Assembly (NCBI GenBank): GCA_012295275.1
Contig: CM022665.1
Location: 17,794,001-17,858,000, forward strand
Reading direction: 5' to 3'
Length of the DNA: 64,000 nucleotides
Source: Chrysomallon squamiferum
Taxonomy: Eukaryota; Animalia; Mollusca
The notes under the pieces were generated by a model. That model did not search any database and was not told the origin of the DNA. It saw nothing but the letters and a program-made list of their open reading frames with translations. A program made the position numbers and the translations under genes. Below, piece after piece: positions 41,990-53,320 of the stretch (positions are counted from its first letter, which is position 1; every line of letters begins with the position of its first letter).

Positions 41990-42270
41990 TCCAAGACAAC
42001 AGTCCAGTGTGGCAGTCTTCATGTAGTCTTATTACGTACGGCAGTCTTCCTGCAGTCTGTCTGAGCGGACTCTTGTAGATTTTGTATGTAAGCAGTCTGT
42101 GGCTACCTATGTGTGGCAGTCTTCCTAAAGTCCTCAAAGTGATGCTATTTTATTATAGTTGTCTAATTGTAGCAGTCCTCTTACCATCTTCTCTGAGTGG
42201 GGCAGTCCTCCCTTCTTTAGGCGTCTGTGTTGTAGTCAAATAAGTATGGCAGTCTTCTTACAATTTCTAG
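41990..42270. repeat. Degenerate repeat with 'gtggcagtcttc' core
   Basis: Several recurrences of ggcagtc(t/c)tc. Confidence 0.55.
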
Positions 42271-44519
42271 ACATTAGTCCAATGATAATTAAAAAAAAAA
42301 ATGTATACTTATATATATATATAAAGCATTGTTTTGTGGACAGGGATATTGGCTGTACTGTCTAAATTGCAAATAAATATTTGACTACTTACAAATACCC
42401 CTAAAACAAAGTTGTGAAATTAATAACATACTAATTTGTCAGCTTCTTTGTAGTAACATTTTATCTGAATCAGTTGAGTAAATCTGTAATTAGAAAACTG
42501 GTCCCTCTGTATATGAATTTCATAGTCCACTGTGCAAAATTTAGTCATTATCTACTTAGGAAAATTAGAGGTGGAAAATTATTGAAAATTATTAAACTTT
42601 GTATGTAATAGATTTATTCATGTCTGTTAACACTGCTGTAAATTAATTCTTTATATAAGTAAGAGATATTTATGTTGTAGTAAATATCAACTCTGGTATT
42701 TCACAGGTTAGAGTGTCACTGTTTACTAGATTATCACATGTCATGATATTTTATTTTCCTAAATGATAACAGTGGCCCTTACAGTGAAAACAGCCAGATT
42801 CTTCTCTTAAATCATTGCTATTATGTAAATTATTGTTCAGATAGCTAGTTACTGTTAAACTTAAAAAGTGATGAGGTGTTGGTAAATTTATTATTTATTT
42901 TCAAATATTCGCCATAGTCTCTCTCTAGTAGTTTTATCTGACAATGTTTTGTTCAGTGAATATATTTTCCATTAATATCCACAAGAATATTTGTACAGTG
43001 TGCATCTATTAATACAATTCTTCAGCCTGCAACATGGCTTATACATCTAACAACAGAGATTTCTATGAATAACACAGCAATTGTTTCTATATTACATTTC
43101 ACCTTTCGAGAAATTCTCTTCACACACAGACCATTCCAGCAATTTCTTCTCTTTCGGTTTGTCTGTATTACAGCTCGCGTACAGTTTGTTACACCTGTTT
43201 ACTAGTCAAAGTCACTCACAGCACAACCTCAGTAATACTGATGTTAGTTGTAAAAGACATTTGATGTGTGTTCATGTTCCGCACAGTGACAGCTGTTATG
43301 TTAAGTGTTTGTTCCCGATGTTTGTTCTCGTTTGATGTGTTAATAATATACACAGAACAACTTTGTTTGTAATAAATAGCAATCATGATGTGTTATGTTT
43401 TATAAAGTTTGATGTGTAATTTTGTAATAATGAATTTTAAATAATAATAATGATGACGATGTTTGAAAGTAAATAACAAATCTAATAATAAGAAAATAAT
43501 AAATAGTAATAATACATTTTAATAATAATAATATAGTAATATTAAATTTATAAAAATATTAAAAAAAGTAAAAATGGTAAAGATAATAAAAATATAATGA
43601 AAGTAATAATAATAGTGATAAACAAAATCATAATGGTAGTAACAACAACAGTAACACTAATAACAACAACAACTTCCTACATGAAAACGTGTAATTGATA
43701 ATGGTTCATAAAAATGTAGAAAATAATAAATATATTAACAGTTTCTAGTTTGAAAAACTGGGTATTGATGTTGTAACAATGATACATATTCCTAAACATG
43801 ATATATTTTCACACCTTCACTTTAATAACAATTTTTATTTTGTAAAGAAATCCTGCTGGCAGTATTCCATGGCCTAATGTTATTAATTAGCAATAAGTGA
43901 TACATTATATATACCTTCCAGTATGCTGGAATACAGAAACTGGGTCTTAGATACTTATCCTTGGCCTACTGTTACATATGTATGTTCTGGTAGAGAAGAA
44001 AACAGATTTAAGATCTTTGATAAATTATTAATGGGAGCAATATAGAAATTTAAATATAGTTTTATATTAATACTGTAACACACATTCATTCTATTTATGG
44101 TATATTATATTATATTTTTTCTTTGCCAGTAATAAAAGTGATAAATATTAAAACACAATTTAAAGTACATTGTGTTGTATTTTTGTTCTTTCTGGTAAAT
44201 TGTGTATTTGGTAAATTATGTTACTATATTTTAAGTGTAACACTATTCATTGTTATAACATTAAAAAGAAAAAGAGGCATTCAGTGTATAATATATTGAG
44301 TATCACATTAACATTATTAATCTAGTAATTTGTGTAATATATAAAATACTTATTTTCACAATAACACCTCTAATCCATTGATTTGTGTAACCATTATTGA
44401 GTATCATATTAACACTGTCAGTAACATGATATATTGCATATCCACTGATGTAAAGTACTCTGTTGTACATACTATATGTTGTGTAACAAACTGTACATCT
44501 CTCTATGTGTCTATTTCAG

Positions 44520-44630
44520 GTGTTTGTCTTGAGGCTATTGGAGAAGCCAAAGTGGAGTGGATGACTTCAAGTGACATTCAGGCTTCTGATGAAGAAGTTT
44601 TCAATTATACTACAGTACTTCCTATCAAAG
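44520..44630 (+). CDS. Alpha-arrestin coding exon 2 (VCLEAIGEAKVEW...EEVFNYTTVLPIK)
   Basis: tttcag acceptor; G-x-A-x-V-x-W motif; AAG|GTAAGT donor at 44631. Confidence 0.9.
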
Positions 44631-45100
44631 GTAAGTGTCTGTCTATAAAGAAGTTTTCAATTATGCTACAGTACTTCCTATCAAAGGTAAGTGTCTGTGT
44701 CTATAAAGAAGTTTTCAATTATACTACAGTACTTCCTATCAAAGGTAAGTGTCTGTCTATAAAGTTTTCAATTATGCTACAGTACTTCCTATCAAAGGTA
44801 AGTGTCTGTCTATAAAGAAGTTTTCAATTATACTACAGTACTTCCTATCAAAGGTAAGTGTCTGTCTATAAAGAAGTTTTCAATTATGCTACAGTACTTC
44901 CTATCAAAGGTAAGTGTCTGTGTCTATAAAGAAGTTTTCAATTATACTACAGTACTTCCTATCAAAGGTAAGTGTCTGTCTGTGTCTATAAAGAAGTTTT
45001 CAATTATGCTACAGTACTTCCTATCAAAGGTAAGTGTCTGTCTGTGTCTATAAAGAAGTTTTCAATTATATTACAGTTCTGTCTGTCTGTCTATACAGAA
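44592..45100 (+). repeat. Tandem array (53-62 bp unit, 8 full copies plus a decayed one) spanning the exon-2 3' end and donor
   Basis: Unit aagaagttttcaattat(a/g)ctacagtacttcctatcaaag|gtaagtgtctgtctata; donor GTs at 44631, 44687, 44745, 44798, 44854, 44910, 44968, 45030. Confidence 0.97.
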
Positions 45101-45714
45101 GTTATTATGTATTTAGCAGTTTACTGTCAACCATTTAAAATATTTATATTCAAGATGGCAAGATTGGATTATTGTTAGTATGTTAAATGCTGAATAATTA
45201 AACTTTCACTGTTAACTCATTATGGAGCAAATTCTGATTTTTGATCCTGGTACCAACCAGTCTTAAAGCTCGTAACATAGACATAGTGTTACTGAGTGAG
45301 GACTGAATGATAAGTGATCATGTTAGATGAAGATGATGTAATAAAACACTTTATCTCTGTGTTAGTTTTACATGAATGCCTCCACACATGAGTATCTGCC
45401 ATGTTCCAATAGCTGATACATATCTTGTTTCCTTACTGAGATTTTCTTTTTACCTTTGGGCCAAAAGATCTACGAGTTTGTACTAGATGCCGTGTGCTGT
45501 CAATCAATGTCAGCTTCATTTCATACTTATTTGTTTCTAGAGCACCGTGCTATCTTCTCACTGTTACTTATTTGTTAAGTCCTGGGTTTTTAATAATTTG
45601 GTCAGTGAATGGATTTCGTTCAGTTTATCTTTTTTCTGTATTTATAGAAATTCTGATTATATTAATTGTTGTTTTAGTTTTCTTTTTCTAAAAGCTGCCA
45701 AAACACTAAATTTC

Positions 45715-45776
<62 letters not shown>

Positions 45777-47573
45777 GTTTTCTTACTCTGTTTCTAACTC
45801 TTCTATCCATCTCTGGTATTTTATTCCCTATATGTACATGTATTGCCTTTTTATTTATTTAATTTTTTAATTATTTTTTTCTTTTCTTTTTTTCTGTATG
45901 TCTTTCTCTCTACCTTTCTGGCCATCAGTTTAACTCACCTTCTCTTTATTCATTTTCACTGACCACTCCATTTTAAGTTTTTCTCCATATCTTTGTCATT
46001 CTTTTGCAGTACAAGCAGACAGTTAAGTAAAACAAGTGAACAGACTTTCAGTATACAAAAAGCCCAGCTCTTATTGTAAATAAAACACATTTTAGACAAA
46101 TACAATCTTGATGTTGTAAACCAGACACCCCCAGGTTGAGGTCTGAGGCATTCCGGGAATACTGGAAACCTTTTGAAAGAAACACAATCAGACAAAAATA
46201 GGAGTTATCTGTCTCAGGTGACAGATTTTCTTATTATCTGTGACAAATAGAGCAACAGATAATCAGACAGACAGACACATTTTACAACAGATATGAACAC
46301 ACAGACGATTAGATGGACAGACAAACAGATATATTTAACAGTACAGATAAACACACTCAGACTATCTGTTATACAGATGCACCGATATTACAGTCACAAT
46401 TTATACTGAAGATAAACACACAGATAACTGGACAGAAATACAGACAGACATAAAGTCAGATGCATTTTACATCAGACAGACAGAAATATAGACTGTCAGA
46501 AGGAAAGAAATACTGACAAACATTCAGACACGTTTTACATCAGACATCAGCACACATATGGACAGACATATTGCAATATTGTACAGAACAGATAAATACA
46601 CAGTTCATCAAATGGACAACCATAGAGTTGGACATAATTTATAGTATAGATAAACACACAGACTGTCAGAAAGACAGACATACTGACATATTGAGGTAAG
46701 TATTGTGACCATCAAATGGAATAGATTAAAGCCTGACAGACAGATCGACATACATTTCACAGATCCAGATATGTATATCACGAGAAAGAAATACATAGAT
46801 AAACATGAAGAGTTGTAGATTAAAAATGTACAGAAGTAGACTTGCAGACCATAAGAAATACAGACAGACACACATATATCTTTTATAGAAAAGCAATATG
46901 TTTATTTTATTATAAATGTGTGCATACGGTTTGTCTCTGTGTGTGTGTGTGTGTGGGTGGTTGTGTGGGTGTTGGTGTGGGTGTTGGTGTATCTGTGGAT
47001 GGGTAGTCCATCACTGAAACATATTTTATCTTTCTTTTTGTAAACTGTTTTTAGTTAAAAATAGTTTTTCTATCATACTGAATTTCACTTTTTTCTATCT
47101 CTTTCATTTTCTAGTCTAGCTCTCTTTCAAGAAATAACACAGTATTTTTAGTTATTTATTTTATATATTTGTTGAGCAAGAACTATATATCATACTGATT
47201 AATTTTTAATATATACTGCATGCATATTTAGTACATATTGTTTAAAGATGGAATGAATATTTAACAATGCTCTTAAATACATAAACATGTACACACAGAG
47301 AGAAACACACACACACACACACACACATACATAGACAAACACTTCTGTGTTTGTTTGTGTGTGTGTGTGTGTGTACACCACTTGTATAATGAACGAAAAA
47401 GAATCAGTAAAAATACAACAATTAAGTATCACATCAGTAAAAACAACATGGACTATGGAATAAACATAATTACTCGTCTATATTTTACATTTGTCATAGT
47501 CACGCAAACACACATATTCAATTTTTTATTTATTACTTAATTATGTCTAAGTGAAAGTGTGTATATATTTCAG

Positions 47574-47800
47574 GTGAGAAAGAAATAAATGACGAAGGAC
47601 TGTTGCATCCTGGTTCTCACTACTTTCCATTTGAGTTTGCACTTCCACAAAAACTGCCATCTTCTTTCAAAGGCAAACATGGCCGACTGAGGTACTTTGT
47701 TCGGATGACCATCTACTCCCCAGGAGGGCCTCACCATGAACGTGCCAGCAAGTTTGCTGTGATTGGTGCACTTGATCTCAATTCTGAGCCAGACTCTGCA
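47574..47800 (+). CDS. Alpha-arrestin coding exon 3
   Basis: LHPGSHYFPFEFALPQKLPSSFKGKHGRLRY...LDLN, the hallmark Arrestin_N motif; tttcag acceptor, GTATGT donor at 47801. Confidence 0.95.
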
Positions 47801-48074
47801 GTATGTAGTGTCCTGTCTTTTACACAGTGATACTTAATGTTGTGTTTTGTTAGTGTTACATTGTTTTATTAGTGGTATGTAGTGTCCTGTCTTTTACACA
47901 GTGATACTTAATGTTGTGTTTTGTTAGTGTTACATTGTTTTATTAGTGGTATGTAGTGTCCTGTCTTTTACACAGTGATACTTAATGTTGTGTTTTGTTA
48001 GTGTTACATTGTTTTATTAGTGGTATGTAGTGTCCTGTAATGTCTGTTTTACACAGTGATATTAAATGTTGTGT
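47801..48074 (+). repeat. 74-bp tandem repeat (~3.7 copies) starting at the exon-3 donor
   Basis: Units start at 47801, 47875, 47949 and 48023, each with GTATGTAGTG. Confidence 0.95.
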
Positions 48075-48824
48075 AATATCTTGTGATATTTCTGCAGGAG
48101 TTCTACAGAATCTGAATAGTCATGTTTTGCATATGGATCAACATATCTGAATGCTGAGCTTGGCCATTCAATTGAATAATAAAAAAATAATAAAATAAAA
48201 TAAAATAAAATAAAATAAAATAAATAAAAATAATAATAAACAAAATAAATAAAAGAGGAATAATATAAGAAAGTGAAAATAAAACTATAATAAAAGTAAA
48301 AATATTTCAAAATGAATTAAATAAAAAATCCAGAATAGCTAAATAAACACATCAATCTTATACCACAAAAATAAAAAAATTTAAAAAAATAAAATTGAAA
48401 TGATAAAAAAAAAATATTTCAGAAGCAATAAACAAACCCATTAATATTTCTACCTCATGCCAGATTAAGTTTTATTAAGAAATATATAACTCATTTCATG
48501 ACAATTAAAAAAACAAAAAAATCATTGCTTCCACTTTAACTACAGGCACAGTTCACCCATGCACACACCTGCAGCAATATACCTGCCATAAGGACATGTA
48601 AAAAATAAAATAATTAACTATCTTCCCTAAAGTTAGGATTCAGATGTGTTTCTCTTTTCTCTCTTTCTGTTTGTGTCTTTCTTGCTGTCTTTCTTTTTTT
48701 CTCTCTCTCTCTGTATCTGGGGCTTTGAGTTTCAGAACTATTTGTGTTTCTCATACTTGTTACAGAAGAAAGTTAATGCCATTGAACCACTTGGTACTAA
48801 CTTAGGAAAGAAGATTAAGTTATA

Positions 48825-49080
48825 TTCAGTGGTTTGAGTGCTTGCTTATAGTGTGTTGGCTGGATGGAGGCATTATTTTTCTCCCAATCCAGCCAGTGTT
48901 CTGCAATACATCTAACTGTCTATGGGAAGGCCTGTGAATATAATAATTTCTTGCTGATACCTGATAAAAGTTGACTGTGGAATAGTGGCTGTCCTCTTAT
49001 ATAATTATTATTTAAAAATCATGTTTCACAGCTAAAGACCATTGATACTGAAATACAGATAGGTATTTTTAAACAGTATT
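48825..49080 (+). mobile_element. Decayed SINE copy
   Basis: tcagtggtttgagtgcttgc head; tccagccagtg...ctgtctatggga...ttcttgctg body shared with other copies. Confidence 0.5.
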
Positions 49081-50064
49081 CTTTAATTTGGTTTAGACAT
49101 AATAAATAAATTAATTAAATTAAAGAAAAAAAGGCAGAAATAGATAAAAAAAAATTAACATAAATAAAATAAGTAAAATAAATAAATAAATGTCTATTTT
49201 CTAGACACATCAGAACAATGGATTTTACTGAATAACCATTCAGACTAATAAATCAAGGTGTAATTAAATCATTCCAGTATGTCTGTCTCTCTGTGTGTCT
49301 CTCTGCGAGTGATAAACAGCCACATTATAAATAGCTACATGTGGTTATGTCTGTTACAATCTAGTTTAAGACATGAATAATGTGGCTAACATGACTTTGT
49401 TACAAATTATTTGAAAAAGGATGACAATTATTTATCTGTTATGTGATACATATAAGATCGTTGGGTTAAGAATTTTTTTTTCTGTGTGTCTGTCTCGATC
49501 TCTCTTTTTCTTTCTCTTTATTTTTCTCTCTGTTTCTTTGATACTTTTTATCTATCATCTCTCTGTTTCTTTGTCACATTTTATCTATTTGTCTCTCTCT
49601 CTCTCTCGCTCGCTCGCTCTCTCTCTGTCTGTGCCTCTCTTTCTCTCTGTGTCACTCTGAATCACTGTCTCTCATTCATCTCTCTCTGCTTTCCTCTTTG
49701 TGTCTTTCTGTATCTTTCTCTTCCTCTCTTTTTATTTCTTTCTCTCTCTCTTCTTCTTCTATCGTCTTTCTCTTTTTCTCTACTTAACTGTACTTTATAT
49801 AAAAGTATTTATTTTGTTTTTTAAATGGCACATTTTATTTTTTCATATCTGTACGTTTTACTGTGAACTTTAATTTGGATACCTTTTTCTTCCCTTCATA
49901 ATAAAATAATACTCTTTAATATTGAAGTTACCCACTAATGTATTATTTCCTTCTTAATAATAACATTGTTTATGCTTTGCCATCAAAGTTACAATTTGAA
50001 TTATCTGCCCTTTATAGTTTAGATAATAATCTCTGATATTTATAGAAAGTTTATGTTGTTGTAG

Positions 50065-50247
50065 CTGCCAGTGGAGAATGATACATTTGAGGCTATAGGA
50101 TCATGGTGCTGTTTGGCAGGGACGGTCACTGCAGTGGTCAAGCTGGACAGAAAGGGATACGCCCTTAAAGAAGCTATACCGGTGTGGGCAGAGATAAAAA
50201 ACCTTAGTACTAGACGAATTTCATCTTCCCAAGTGTCTCTTATTCAG
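50065..50247 (+). CDS. Alpha-arrestin coding exon 4
   Basis: LPVEND...WCCLAG...LDRKGY..EAIPVWAEIKNLS...LIQ, start of Arrestin_C; gtag acceptor, CAG|GTATGC donor. Confidence 0.93.
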
Positions 50248-50400
50248 GTATGCAGGAAAAAATAAGTTTTTTTTTGTTTTGGTCTCTTTACACTTCAGAA
50301 TGGAATCAAATTTATTTTGTTGGATAACCTCAAATTTTACTTATGTATCTGGAAACTTAAAGACACAAAATCAGTTTCTGTAATGTTTTACAATTTATTC

Positions 50401-50520
50401 TTCCTATATAAATTTTAATGCACTCTCTGTGTTATATTACAGAATGTAAATTATTATTCCTTTATAAATTTTAATGCACTCTCTGTGTTATATTACAGAA
50501 TGTAACTTACTATTCCTATA
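50401..50520 (+). repeat. 56-bp tandem duplication spanning the exon-5 acceptor
   Basis: tataaattttaatgcactctctgtgttatattacag|aatgtaa occurs twice (AG ending 50442 and 50498). Confidence 0.95.
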
Positions 50521-50681
50521 GAGGGAGATTTTCAGAGACCACTGTTCTTGTCACTATTCACAAAGGAAGCATTGCTCCATGTGCTAAACAAACATGGCAG
50601 AGAGAACTACTTAGTATTCCAACTGTTCCACCATCTCACCTTAGAGGCTGCAAGATCATCGATGTCCAGTATTCCATTGAG
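50499..50681 (+). CDS. Alpha-arrestin coding exon 5
   Basis: NVTYY...W....LSIPTVPPSHLRGCKIIDVQYSIE; ttacag acceptor, GAG|GTTAGT donor; 183 nt, phase 0. Confidence 0.93.
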
Positions 50682-51013
50682 GTTAGTGGGTTACTATTTA
50701 TAGGCATTTTCTTAGTTACTGGTATTACTACCATTACTTTTTCTAGTACTAGAGCTAGTGATACTAGGAATATTACTGTTTTTGTGAATATACTGCTTAT
50801 TTTGCTTCTAATACTCTATAAGGATGTGCTTATGATCTCACCATATTGCTGCAACTATAACTACTTCTTTACTGCAGTCACCACCTCTGCCACTGTAATA
50901 ATAACATCTACTGTTATGATCTTGAACATCACATTATTGTTACTGATGGTCTTGTTATCATTATTATAGGTGTTACATTATTATTATTATTACGATTATT
51001 GTTGTTGTTACAG

Positions 51014-51265
51014 TTGTGTATAAAACCAGCAGGTATTGCTAGGAAAGTTAAGCTTCCAGTTGACATTGTGATCGGTACGGTTCCACTGCAGGATAGTCAG
51101 CACAGGGTGACATGTCACCCCCTCATCTCCCCCAGTGACAGCAGCTTTCCCTTCCCTTTCTTCAATGACAGTGCTTCTAGTGATCAGCTGTGTCTCACAG
51201 ACATGTCCATGCACAGTATGCTTCCTACAGCACCACCCTGGGAGGATGATGATGATATTCCATGA
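51014..51265 (+). CDS. Alpha-arrestin coding exon 6 (end of Arrestin_C and tail)
   Basis: ttacag acceptor; KLPVDIVIGTVPL motif, then a low-complexity tail ending LPTAPPWEDDDDIP-TGA. Confidence 0.92.
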   Translation: MCIKPAGIARKVKLPVDIVIGTVPLQDSQHRVTCHPLISPSDSSFPFPFFNDSASSDQLCLTDMSMHSMLPTAPPWEDDDDIP

Positions 51266-52839
51266 CAGCTTATGGTAAGGTTCACACACTGTATTTTTGG
51301 TTATTTTTGTTGTTGTTATTATTGAATTTTCTATTATTATTATTATCATGATCATAATCATTAATATTATTATTGTTATTATTATTTTTATTTTTATTTA
51401 TATTTGGGTTTTTTAAATTTAAAATGTTCAAAAATTTATTTATTCATTTATTTATCTTTGTTTTGTTTTTTTCATTTATTTTATTTATTATTATTATAAT
51501 TTTTGGTTTTTTCAAAATAATTATTTTGCTAGCACATCAAGTATTAAAAATATGACTAGTGCTGAAATTTCACAGCAGATAAGTATTTTACTAAGTAAGT
51601 TTTGAAATTTGTTAATTTTAAAAAGGGATGAAGATATGCACTTCTCAATTATAACAGATACTTACTTGCTCAAGAAATATTTTATCACAAGAAGTATTTT
51701 TTAAAAATCTTTAAATAATTTTCAAAAACATAAATAAAAATTCTGTCCAATCACTTATTTTTCACAATCTAAATATCAACTTAACATATACATATTCAAG
51801 TCTACTACTGTTTCTACTATTACACTCATAAACCCTCACACACACACACACACACATTGCACTTAAACAAACACACAGACTACACATATACACAATATAG
51901 ATATAGAAAGATAATTATATACACAAGCATACACAGAGACACACACACAGCGAGTTGTACACTTAAACACACCTACACTATACTATTTAGATGAAATATT
52001 TGATTCACCTACATAGACACATAAGTCAATTAATGTTGCATATTCACCAGTTTGTTACAAAAACCTGCATCATGACTTTCACTTTATTCTGCTTCTCTGC
52101 TTAATGGGATTTTAGCTTTCTAGCAAATCCCCGTGCAGTTATCAGATTGATTTAATTGTGTTAGTGGACGTTCACTGTCTCTTGCTGTAACTCAAACTTG
52201 AAACTATCAGAACCTCTCATTTCACAGGCATGATATGTTTTGACATGTTTGAGGAAATGATAGTGGTAATTTATTGATTTGTCATGGTGTGTATGTTCAG
52301 CTGTCTGTCTGTCTGTAATGTTCTGATTAGGCCGTTTCTTCGCTGTACTTGTTAAGGGTCTTAAATGTTCATCAGAGTTAAATAAACCTTGGAAAAATTA
52401 TTAACTATATTTGGTCACCTCCTTTTTTAAAATTTTCTCAAAAAAAAAAAAAAAGAAGAAGAAAAGACAAGAAAGATTTTTTTTCTTGTTCTTTTTTTTC
52501 ATTGATAGATTTTATTTTATTTATTTTCAAACTTTCTCCATTTATTTAAGGTCTTAATGAAACAGTTCAAAATAAGAATTAGTAAAAAAAAATTTGGAGT
52601 AAATAAATCACTTTCTTTCTTATATGCTATTCTTCTTCTTCTTCTTATTATTATTATTAATGTTGTTGTTGTTGTTCATAAACCAAAAATACTAGTATAC
52701 TATGCAAATCTGCACAATTGAGATGCTACTTGTTACAGATGATTTTTCACTGTGATTCCAGACTTAAAAAGACTTGGTTATACATTCATAGTTCACTTCT
52801 ATGTTTGGCTTTGCTATCAATTAATTGTTTTATTAACTA

Positions 52840-53145
52840 TTTCTTGTTATTCACAATGTTTTAACATGGTATTTCTTTATCGGCCTGTAATGGCCAATGT
52901 TTTCATATGTTACTACTTTTTCGGCCTGTATTGACCAGTGTTTTCACTTGTTATAACTTTTTGGCCTGAGATGCCCAGTGATGTCAGATGTAATTAATTT
53001 TTGGCCAATGTTTTAACTTTTGGTTACTTTTCATTCTGCAATGGCCAACACTTTCTCTTCTGACTATTTTTCATTCTGTGATGGCCAATGGTTTCACTTG
53101 TGCTTTTTCTCTCATGCTGTGATGGCCAACAGTTTCACTTACTGT
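52840..53145. repeat. ~38-40 bp minisatellite (ggcctgtaatggccaatgttttcacttg...)
   Basis: About 7 recurrences of 'tggccaa(t/c)' variants. Confidence 0.75.
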
Positions 53146-53320
53146 ACTGACAGCTTGTCATGGAAATTGAGATGTGGCTAAATGTCTCTCCAAGGCTATT
53201 ATCTGAGCCGGGAGTTAATTCCGAGATGTTTTGAGTAGGGAATTAAAATGTCATAAATAAAGCAGAGTGGTAATCAGACTTCACTCCCAGGAATTAACAA
53301 CACGTCAGTCTTTCATCATC

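Larger units (their letters stand above)
27117..51265 (+). other. ARRDC: Gene span (start to stop): alpha-arrestin / arrestin domain-containing protein, 6 coding exons, ~358 aa
   Basis: Exons 27117-27237, 44520-44630, 47574-47800, 50065-50247, 50499-50681, 51014-51265 sum to 1077 nt in one frame, with Arrestin_N and Arrestin_C motifs. Symbol is family-level only. Confidence 0.9.

Noticed and set aside
44592-45100. CRISPR-like array
   Set aside because: Units are contiguous copies with no unique spacers, derive from an exon/donor junction, and sit in a eukaryotic intron with no cas genes.
51008-51361. 117-aa antisense ORF over arrestin exon 6
   Set aside because: Shadow of the sense coding exon plus ATT repeats; no independent evidence.
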